A stretch of DNA of 62,531 nt, counting the filler, from Candidatus Babelota bacterium (GTDB taxonomy: Bacteria; JAGOBX01), in the NCBI GenBank assembly GCA_017999075.1. It is 10 parts of 10 records of this genome, joined end to end, with 100 filler letters (N's around TTAATTAATTAA, not from the genome) between each part and the next. Parts side by side here need not be neighbours in the genome. Positions count along the whole stretch, not along the records: positions 1 to 6,208 come from JAGOBX010000226.1; positions 6,309 to 12,505 come from JAGOBX010000227.1; 8 more parts are not named here. One strand, 5' to 3'. Both the position numbers and the translations under genes were made by a program. Under the pieces are notes generated by a model, which had not been told where the DNA came from, made no database searches, and saw only the letters and a program-made list of their open reading frames with translations. Position 1 is the stretch's first letter, and each line of letters opens with the position of its first letter. This document shows, piece by piece, positions 1 through 7,644 of the stretch.

Positions 1-3000
1 CCGTAACATTAGGAAGCCATCCGTAATTGTTACTTCCAGCATCCTGACCAGCCAACATAAAATCTACGCGTGAACGGCCATTAACTCCTGTTTCAAATGA
101 ACCGAGAGCTATACCGAATGAATTTGCATTTTTTACTCCTGACCGCGGTTGTCTTGACATTCTTAATACTTCTTGAGTTTCAATAGCAGCTTCTGCCACA
201 TTACCGATTATGTGCATTTTTGAAGTATGTGGCGCACCGCCTAATCCGACGTTGCCGTACATATCTGTAACAATAGCAGGAGTGTCGCCTGTATGCCTGC
301 TTTTTACATTAAGCGTTCCATACACTGTTAAAGAATCAGATGGGGTAGAAGTTCCTATTCCAACATTGCCGTTAGGATTTACTCTGAAACGCTCTGCAGG
401 ATAATCATTGTTTGCTGTATGAAAAACTATTGCGCCTTGCTGGCTGCCTGCCCCGCCGTGAAGTACGTTTACTAATTGTAAATATGCGCTGTTTAGACCG
501 CTTGAATTTTCACCTATTAGCATAAAACCATTATTGTTTGTAGAATCAGTGTTTTTTGCCCGTATATAAATATTTTGGTTGCCTGCGCCTTGTAAACGAA
601 CCATATCATAACTGCTTGCAACGACATATAACGGATAACCGGTCGGATTTGTTGTACCAATTCCAACACTGCCTGTAGTATAATAAATATTACTACCTGA
701 CGTAGTCCATTGCGAACTGCTTGCGCTTGTCCATGATAAAGTTCCAGCGCCGTTTGTAGCCAATACCTGCCCGTTTGAACCGTCAGCTGAAGGTAAAGTA
801 TATGTTGTAGAACCTGCTGCTGCTGCCGGAGCTATTCCCACATAACCTGAAGTAGAACCTGATAATCGTAATGTGCCTTTTACATCAAGTTCTGAACCTG
901 GATTTGTTTTTTTTATTCCGGTATTTGCGTTAAATATGATTTTAGTATTATCGAACTCGCCGTAGATTAAAGCTGCAGTTGAATCTGAATTTGAATTGTG
1001 TATGTACAATCTGTTGCTGCCTGTTTCATTATAACCTGCGTGTTTTCCAAGAAATATATTGCCTGAACCTGTAGTCATATTATATCCTGCCTGGTATCCG
1101 ATTACTACGTTATTCAATCCTGAAGTTGCGTTATATCCTGCCTGATATCCGAAATGCGAATTGTTGCTTCCAGTAGTTTTGTATCCTGAATTATATCCGA
1201 AAGCTGAATTATTGTTTCCTGATGTATTTTGGGAAAGAGCTTCAAGTCCCATTGCCGTATTATAACTTCCGGTTGTGTTTGAATTCATAGAATATGCTCC
1301 TGCTGCAGCATTATATCCTCCGGTAGAAGTCGCCTGCATACTATATGAGCCAAGAGCTGTATTGCCGTAACCGCTTGTTATTGAGGAAAGAGAATTGTAT
1401 CCGAAACCAGAATTGTCATTTGCAGATACGTTAAGACTTCCTGCATTGTTTCCTGTAAAAGTCCCGCGCATATTGCTGTTCCATAAAAAACGGTTTGAAC
1501 CAAAGTATAAAATCGCTGTGTCCGCAGAAGAAGTTGAAGCTAATTTTAATGCCCCTACTATATGAAGGTTTTTATCGGGCGATGTTGTTCCTATGCCTAC
1601 ATACCCATTTCCTGAAATTGTCATTCTGATTGTTCTTGTAGTTTCTCCGGTATTTGTGGTGGCAAAATCTATTTTTGCGCCTTGATTTGTTAGAGAAAAA
1701 TTTTCTTCTGCAACCATTCTTATTGCTGTTATATTATTTGATGACCATGCTGAACCTGTATAACCTTTTCCATACAATCCGCCTAAAACATCGCCAGAAG
1801 CTACAGCAGTTGGAGCGCTGCTCGTACCTCCGGCTCTTCCTAATTGTATGCCTGCGCCGTAAAGAGCTGAACTGGTAAAATTTTCTACCATAATAATTCC
1901 TTGGCTGGCAGTAACATTATGTCCAATAATTCTTAAAATACCGCCGCCTGAAGTTTTTAAAATATCAACAGGCATTGATGGAGAGTTTGTTCCAATACCG
2001 ATATTTCCGGTTTTTGCAGCTACAAGTCCGGTATTAGAAATAATTAGAGAATCGGCTGTGATAGTTCCTGTAAAAGTTGGACTTGAAAGATTAGCTTTAA
2101 TATTAAAACTGTCATTTAATATTGCATTGGCAACATAAGATGAAGTGTCTATTGCTGCCGGAGTACCGCTTAATCTTGAATAAGGAATACTATCCTGTAT
2201 GTTTGAAATCAAATGATAATGAGGTGTATCCGATTTGTTTGCTAATTGAGAATCAACGTAAGTTTTTGTTACACTATCGCCTGTAATTTTAGTTAATGCT
2301 AATCCTGAAATTGAATCTGAACGGATATTACTTAACTGATTATATAAATTTGTTGTTTCTGAATAAAGAGTGCTTCTGAAATTTAGTAAATCCGTTTTTA
2401 AAGTTTGAGTATCTGTTGTTAATGAGTTAAGTCTTGAATAAATATTCTGAGTTTCAGTATAAACTTGAGATTTGAAACTTGATAAATCGGTTTTTATGTT
2501 CTGAGTATCGCTTGTTAATGAATTGAGTCTTGAATAAATATTCTGTGTTTCAGTATAAACTTGAGATTTGAAATTTGATAAATCGGTTTTTATGTTTTGA
2601 GTATCGCTTGTTAATGAATCAAGTCTTGAATAAATATTCTGAGTTTCAGTATAAACTTGAGATTTGAAACTTGATAAATCGGTTTTTATGTTCTGAGTAT
2701 CGCTTGTTAATGAATTGAGTCTTGAATAAATATTCTGTGTTTCAGTANNNNNNNNNNNNNNNNNNNNNNNNNNNNNNNNNNNNNNNNNNNNNNNNNNNNN
2801 NNNNNNNNNNNNNNNNNNNNNNNNNNNNNNNNNNNNNNNNNNNNNNNAATTGAGTCTTGAATAAATATTCTGTGTTTCAGTATAAACTTGAGATTTGAAA
2901 TTTGATAAATCGGTTTTTATGTTTTGAGTATCGCTTGTTAATGAATCAAGTCTTGAATAAATATTCTGAGTTTCTGTATAGACTTGAGATTTGAAACTTG

Positions 3001-3907
3001 ATAAATCGGTTTTTATGTTCTGAGTATCGCTTGTTAATGAATCAAGTCTTGAATAAATATTCTGTGTTTCTGTATAGACTTGAGATTTGAAACTTAATAA
3101 ATTCGAATCCACATAAGTTTTTGTTACAGAATCATTTTCTAAACTTGCAAGCCTGTTATTTAAAATGCTGGTGTCACTGCTTATCAATAATAGTTTATTA
3201 TTTACTTCTGTTTTTGTAATAGTATCTCCTTCAATTTTTGTAAATGATATGGATGTTGCTATTGAATCATTACGTATTGTATTTAACAAATTTCTTACTT
3301 CGCTGCCGCTGATCGCATCGCCTGTTAAAGAACTATATTGAACGTTTGTCAATTGAGAACCATCGCCTATAAATGCAGTAGCTTTTACATTTCCAATAAC
3401 CTCTATTTTTTCTGACGGGTTCAGCAACCCTACTCCGATTTTACCGTTGTCAGTGATTATAACATTATTCGATATTATTAATGTATCATTAATTGTCATT
3501 GAACCTTCGGCTGTTGCATTGTTTTCAAGATTAACTGAAGTATCTGAATATCTTGATCTGAATGAATAAGGCGTTGCTTGAAATTTTGTTCTCGGAATTA
3601 ATTCTCCGGAATTGTTTATGTTTATTCCGATATAATATAGGTTGTCAAATTTTAAATTAATTTGGTTAACAGAACCTAATTCAACTGTGAATAAACCGTT
3701 TGATATATTTACTGAATTATGAGTTTCTGTCCAAATAGCAGTACCTCCTGTTTCTGATGTGTATAAAGAAAATATAATAGATGCTGCTGCGTTTACACGT
3801 CTTTGCGATGAATCAAGAAGTTTGCCTTGATATGAAATAGTGAAAGCAGATATTTTTACATTTGAAATAATTAAAATTAAAAATAATATAATGATTATTT
3901 TTTTCAT
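1..3907 (-). CDS. Large secreted mosaic fibre/adhesin (phage-tail-fibre-like, resembles Bdellovibrio MAT-type proteins); 3'-truncated at window start, internal N gap
   Basis: Not in ORF track; translated by hand. ATG at 3907 after AGGGGA RBS: MKKIIIILFLILIISNVKISAFTISYQGKLLDSS...LYTSETGGTAIWTETH...NGLFTVELG...ATPYSF. Then a 32-aa coiled-coil repeat, several G(N/S/Y)VGIGTTxP junctions, YadA-head-like NTALG/NSAFG/NVVIG repeats and SGYVGIAP...YTLPSADGSNGQVLATNGAGTLSW. The same frame is coding at position 1. Confidence 0.85.
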   Translation of the reverse strand, partial: MKKIIIILFLILIISNVKISAFTISYQGKLLDSSQRRVNAAASIIFSLYTSETGGTAIWTETHNSVNISNGLFTVELGSVNQINLKFDNLYYIGININNSGELIPRTKFQATPYSFRSRYSDTSVNLENNATAEGSMTINDTLIISNNVIITDNGKIGVGLLNPSEKIEVIGNVKATAFIGDGSQLTNVQYSSLTGDAISGSEVRNLLNTIRNDSIATSISFTKIEGDTITKTEVNNKLLLISSDTSILNNRLASLENDSVTKTYVDSNLLSFKSQVYTETQNIYSRLDSLTSDTQNIKTDLSSFKSQVYTETQNIYSRLDSLTSDTQNIKTDLSNFKSQVYTETQNIYSRLNXXXXXXXXXXXXXXXXXXXXXXXXXXXXXXXXXXTETQNIYSRLNSLTSDTQNIKTDLSSFKSQVYTETQNIYSRLDSLTSDTQNIKTDLSNFKSQVYTETQNIYSRLNSLTSDTQNIKTDLSSFKSQVYTETQNIYSRLNSLTTDTQTLKTDLLNFRSTLYSETTNLYNQLSNIRSDSISGLALTKITGDSVTKTYVDSQLANKSDTPHYHLISNIQDSIPYSRLSGTPAAIDTSSYVANAILNDSFNIKANLSSPTFTGTITADSLIISNTGLVAAKTGNIGIGTNSPSMPVDILKTSGGGILRIIGHNVTASQGIIMVENFTSSALYGAGIQLGRAGGTSSAPTAVASGDVLGGLYGKGYTGSAWSSNNITAIRMVAEENFSLTNQGAKIDFATTNTGETTRTIRMTISGNGYVGIGTTSPDKNLHIVGALKLASTSSADTAILYFGSNRFLWNSNMRGTFTGNNAGSLNVSANDNSGFGYNSLSSITSGYGNTALGSYSMQATSTGGYNAAAGAYSMNSNTTGSYNTAMGLEALSQNTSGNNNSAFGYNSGYKTTGSNNSHFGYQAGYNATSGLNNVVIGYQAGYNMTTGSGNIFLGKHAGYNETGSNRLYIHNSNSDSTAALIYGEFDNTKIIFNANTGIKKTNPGSELDVKGTLRLSGSTSGYVGIAPAAAAGSTTYTLPSADGSNGQVLATNGAGTLSWTSASSSQWTTSGSNIYYTTGSVGIGTTNPTGYPLYVVASSYDMVRLQGAGNQNIYIRAKNTDSTNNNGFMLIGENSSGLNSAYLQLVNVLHGGAGSQQGAIVFHTANNDYPAERFRVNPNGNVGIGTSTPSDSLTVYGTLNVKSRHTGDTPAIVTDMYGNVGLGGAPHTSKMHIIGNVAEAAIETQEVLRMSRQPRSGVKNANSFGIALGSFETGVNGRSRVDFMLAGQDAGSNNYGWLPNVT
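2404..3095 (-). repeat. 96-bp intragenic tandem repeat (32 aa, TETQNIYSRLNSLTSDTQNIKTDLSSFKSQVY), at least 7 copies, broken by a 100-N gap at 2748-2847
   Basis: GTCTTGAATAAATATTCTG recurs at 2431, 2527, 2623, 2719 and, after the gap, 2854, 2950, 3046 (period 96). Confidence 0.95.
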
Positions 3908-3919
3908 TTTTGATTCCCC

Positions 3920-4849
3920 TTAAAAAGTATATGATAAACTTAAATAATGAGCATCGCCGAGAGCGCTGTAAGGCACCCATGCGTAATCAAAACAGAATTT
4001 ATTGAAGTTTAAACCTATTCCTGCGTTAAAACCCGAACCTTGTTCCTGAATAGTGCTGTATCCAGTACGCAAAAATATAGTATGTTTGTAATCAAGTTCG
4101 CATCCGGCTGCTGCATCAAAATCATTTTCATTATCATAAATACATTCGACTCCGAATTTTATAAAATAATTATTAATAAGAAAATTTGAAGAAGAAGATG
4201 TTAATCCGAATTTATATAATAAAGGTATTTTATAATTATCACGATCGTATTTAAATGAATTTCCGATATTTTTTATTACTCCGCCAGCAGAAAAATTATC
4301 ATTTAAAAATTTAAAATCATATCTGAAACCTGCGTCAACAGCCGGAGAGTTATCTTTAACTCCGGCAAAATCAGAATTAATGAATTTGGAATTTAATCCC
4401 AGTGATAAATTATTAAATTTATGGGCATAGCCTATTGCAAACATGTTTTCATAAATTTCAGTAAAACCTGCGTCGCTGTAACTTATTGAACTTGTTATAA
4501 GAGTGTTTCTGATTTTTCCTGAATTGAATGCAGTATAACCTACAAATAAAGAACCGTTAAGTTTATTTATTTTAACAGCATATTTAAATGACATTAATGA
4601 TATATCGGATAAATAATTGTTATTTGAAACGGATAGATAATTGTTTTCAATGTCAGAATATGAAGCAGGATTTTCGCTTATAATATTTGAAAATGATATT
4701 GCTCCTCCTCCTAATGCGGCAGTGCGGGCATTAGTTTCCTGCATTTTTAAAATAATATTAGCTTTTAAAATTGATGGAAAAATTAATAAAAACAGTATAT
4801 ATCCAAATAACGAATTGTAAAACTTTTTTTTAAATAAAAGTAATTTCAT
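3920..4849 (-). CDS. PorV/PorQ (UPF0164)-like outer-membrane beta-barrel
   Basis: Signal peptide, ARTAALGG...NPA N-terminal motif, amphipathic strands, LRTGY, DYAWVPYSALGDAH, C-terminal YTF beta-signal. Confidence 0.8.
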   Translation of the reverse strand: MKLLLFKKKFYNSLFGYILFLLIFPSILKANIILKMQETNARTAALGGGAISFSNIISENPASYSDIENNYLSVSNNNYLSDISLMSFKYAVKINKLNGSLFVGYTAFNSGKIRNTLITSSISYSDAGFTEIYENMFAIGYAHKFNNLSLGLNSKFINSDFAGVKDNSPAVDAGFRYDFKFLNDNFSAGGVIKNIGNSFKYDRDNYKIPLLYKFGLTSSSSNFLINNYFIKFGVECIYDNENDFDAAAGCELDYKHTIFLRTGYSTIQEQGSGFNAGIGLNFNKFCFDYAWVPYSALGDAHYLSLSYTF

Positions 4850-4906
4850 TTATAATCCACCTATTTAACTTAAAATAATTAGCAAATTGTATTATACACT
4901 ATAATT

Positions 4907-6208
4907 TTATCTTATGATCGCAAGTTTTTCTATATGTTTTTCAGCTTCATTTTCTGTTAAAACAAAATATAAACCAGTAGGAGCATATTCGCCGTTTTTT
5001 AATCTGCCGTCCCATATGGCCATTCCGCTATTAGGTATTGGATAGATTTCAGATGCAAGCCTGCCTGAAATATCGTATATTTTTATAATCGAATTTGATG
5101 TAAGTCCTGTTATATGAATTCCTGTTTTGTTATCTATATTATAGGAACCGGAAAATTCTGTTCCGGTTAATTCATTTCCGTCATTCGGTCTGTAAGGATT
5201 TGGAAAAACAACTATATCTGAAAGGGTTGAAGATTTGCGGATGCCCTTTGCAAATAGTCCGTATGATGAAAAATGTTGAAGTTCGGCAGAAATTGTATTG
5301 CCAGTTGTTGAATATGAAATATTATTTTCAGGCAATATTTTCCAATTGCTGTCAATTTCATCAAGTGAATATACTGCAAGCGGATAGCCTTTTAATGCAG
5401 CAGGAACAGTATATGTTATTTTTATTTTGTTGAAAGAATTTTCAGAGTTATAATCCAGTCCGTTTCTGATAAATGAAATTTCACGGACAGTGTTTAGTGC
5501 TGCTTGATAAGCGGCATTTCCTCCAAAATCAATAATTGAATTGGCAGCTGAGTTGATTTTAACGGATGTAATTGTGTCAAAATTATTTTTTACAGTCATA
5601 AACACTGGTAAGTCGCGGTCTTTAAATTCTATATCAAGAGTTATAGTGTCGCCTGATGAACCGTCTGCTAAACGGTTCACTAAATTAACTTTTACTATTT
5701 CAGGTATCGCATAACCTCCTGCACAGGAAGAATCGAACTTTACTACTGCAACCGATGTACCGGCTGTTATAAAAGTCGAAATTATTTGACTTGAAGTATC
5801 TGTGTGAATTGCTGTTTCAGTGTCTAAAGTTATAGTTAACCCGTCTTTAACAGAAGCAAGCCCGTCGACTTTCCCATTTCCCCAAATTACATTTGGAACT
5901 GTTCCTACAAAATTGTCTGCAACAGCAGTTTTTTTAAATATTTGTTTTACATCGTTAGGATTAAGATTGGGATTAGCTTCAAGCAGTAAAGCTGTTAAAC
6001 CTGTTACTACAGGAGTTGCCATGCTTGTTCCTTCCATTTTCACATAATCGCCTGATGAATCTTTATTTTTATTATCTGCTGAACTTGATGAACTGAATGC
6101 TGAAAATATTAATTCTCCAGGTGCGCTTATATCAGGTTTTAATCCTGTTAAGTCAGGTCTGCGTGATGGACCTCTTGATGAAAAAGCAGCTATGTTATTA
6201 AGAGTTAA
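4907..6208 (-). CDS. S8 subtilase (5'-truncated) with HFS-motif domain and T9SS/FlgD-Ig-like CTD
   Basis: Frame open to contig edge: IAAFSSRGPS...KPDISAPG...GTSMATP (catalytic Ser), WGNGKVD. C-terminus VFPNPY...IKIYDISGRL...WDG...GLYF...KLAIIR. Confidence 0.9.
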   Translation of the reverse strand, partial: LTLNNIAAFSSRGPSRRPDLTGLKPDISAPGELIFSAFSSSSSADNKNKDSSGDYVKMEGTSMATPVVTGLTALLLEANPNLNPNDVKQIFKKTAVADNFVGTVPNVIWGNGKVDGLASVKDGLTITLDTETAIHTDTSSQIISTFITAGTSVAVVKFDSSCAGGYAIPEIVKVNLVNRLADGSSGDTITLDIEFKDRDLPVFMTVKNNFDTITSVKINSAANSIIDFGGNAAYQAALNTVREISFIRNGLDYNSENSFNKIKITYTVPAALKGYPLAVYSLDEIDSNWKILPENNISYSTTGNTISAELQHFSSYGLFAKGIRKSSTLSDIVVFPNPYRPNDGNELTGTEFSGSYNIDNKTGIHITGLTSNSIIKIYDISGRLASEIYPIPNSGMAIWDGRLKNGEYAPTGLYFVLTENEAEKHIEKLAIIR

Positions 6209-6308
6209 NNNNNNNNNNNNNNNNNNNNNNNNNNNNNNNNNNNNNNNNNNNNTTAATTAATTAANNNNNNNNNNNNNNNNNNNNNNNNNNNNNNNNNNNN
6301 NNNNNNNN
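6209..6308. other. Artificial contig spacer; identical spacers at 12506-12605, 18792-18891, 25073-25172, 31341-31440, 37604-37703, 43841-43940, 50073-50172, 56303-56402
   Basis: 44 N + TTAATTAATTAA (stops in all six frames) + 44 N; genes are truncated at the junctions. Confidence 0.98.
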
Positions 6309-7325
6309 ATACAGGATTCTGTTAAGAATAAAACCGAGCTTTTATTTCGGGAGGCTAATGTTACTATTTTTCCGTCTGACAAATGGGAATTGAAAGCCGG
6401 ACGTCAGATATTGACTTGGGGAACTGGAGATATGGTTTTTGTAAATGATTTGTTCCCTAAAGATTGGAATTCTTTTTTTCTCGGACGCGATGATGAATAT
6501 CTTAAGTTTCCTTCAGATGTATTGAAGTTATCAGTTTTTTCTAATGCGGGAACGTTTAATTTTGTCATATCTCCCGAATTTTCTTCCGACGATTATATTA
6601 CAGGTGAACGTATGTCGTATTGGGGACCTGCAGGATTGACTGGAAATATTTTTAATGATTCAAAACCTGAGTCGAAAATTCAAAATGCGGAATATCATTT
6701 TAGATTTTCTAAAAATATTTATGATATTGAATTTGCGTTATATTCTTATAAAGGTTTTATGAAAAGACCTCTAGGATTTGACAATAATTCAGGATTAGGA
6801 TTTTTTCCTAAACTTGCAGTTCACGGGTTTAGCGGAAGAAGACAGTTATTTGGCGGAATAATAAATTTTGAAACAGGATTTTATGATTCGATCGAAGACA
6901 GAAACGGGAAAAATCTGATGATAGAAAATTCTATGATCAAATCAGTAATTGGTTTTGAAAAAGAAATAAAACAGAATTTTACAGCGGCAATTCAATATTT
7001 TTCCGAATATATGCTTGATTATTCGAACTATCGAATTTCTTCTGTAAATATGGGGCAGGAACCTTTGAAAGAAAAAAATCATGATTGGATAACATTGCGT
7101 TTGACTAATCTGAGAAAACAGCAAACGTTGATTTTATCAATGTTTGGTTATTATTCACCTGCTGAAGAAGATTGGCATTTAAGACCTGCTGCTACATATA
7201 AAATGTCCGATCAGGTTTCAATAGCTTGTGGGTTAAATATTTTTGGTGGAAAATATGACTATACATTTTTTGGGCAGCTTGAAGATAATACTAATATGTA
7301 TGCCCGTTTAAGATATTCTTTTTAA
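6309..7325 (+). CDS. Outer-membrane beta-barrel protein (DUF1302-like), 5'-truncated
   Basis: Open from contig edge (LFREANV...ELKAGRQILTWGTGD); FFGQLEDN...YARLRYSF C-terminal beta-signal. Confidence 0.65.
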   Translation: MQDSVKNKTELLFREANVTIFPSDKWELKAGRQILTWGTGDMVFVNDLFPKDWNSFFLGRDDEYLKFPSDVLKLSVFSNAGTFNFVISPEFSSDDYITGERMSYWGPAGLTGNIFNDSKPESKIQNAEYHFRFSKNIYDIEFALYSYKGFMKRPLGFDNNSGLGFFPKLAVHGFSGRRQLFGGIINFETGFYDSIEDRNGKNLMIENSMIKSVIGFEKEIKQNFTAAIQYFSEYMLDYSNYRISSVNMGQEPLKEKNHDWITLRLTNLRKQQTLILSMFGYYSPAEEDWHLRPAATYKMSDQVSIACGLNIFGGKYDYTFFGQLEDNTNMYARLRYSF

Positions 7326-7399
7326 TAAAAATTCAAAAATTGAATTGTAATTTTTTTAACACAAGATAAAAAACATTTTATGGCACACATACCATTAGG

Positions 7400-7528
7400 G
7401 GGCTGACTAATAAGTTGAAAAAGTAACTCGAACCTCAGGTTTGAGAAAAATTTTATAATTGATACTAAACAGTTTAATCAATGCAGAGCATTGATTTACA
7501 TTATAAAAATCAACTTATTAGTCAGCCC
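7400..7528. mobile_element. 129-bp MITE-like element with perfect 19-bp terminal inverted repeats
   Basis: GGGCTGACTAATAAGTTGA (7400-7418) and TCAACTTATTAGTCAGCCC (7510-7528); non-coding, internal hairpins, between convergent genes. Confidence 0.6.
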
Positions 7529-7644
7529 TTTGAAAGGTATCAATCCTTCATTATACTGTTAGAATTATATATCTTTTCAAACTATCATATATAAATTATT
7601 GCAGCAGCATAAATAAAAAAATAATAAAAATACCACGCTGTTAA

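Noticed and set aside
2404-3095. Regular repeats as a CRISPR array
   Set aside because: No unique spacers; the 96-bp unit is an in-frame coding repeat; no cas genes.
1-3907. Fibre as a prophage tail gene or DGR target
   Set aside because: It has a Sec signal and non-phage neighbours; I saw no reverse transcriptase or TR/VR pair.
6253-6264. Repeated palindrome TTAATTAATTAA
   Set aside because: Always centred in 88 Ns; an artificial six-frame-stop linker.
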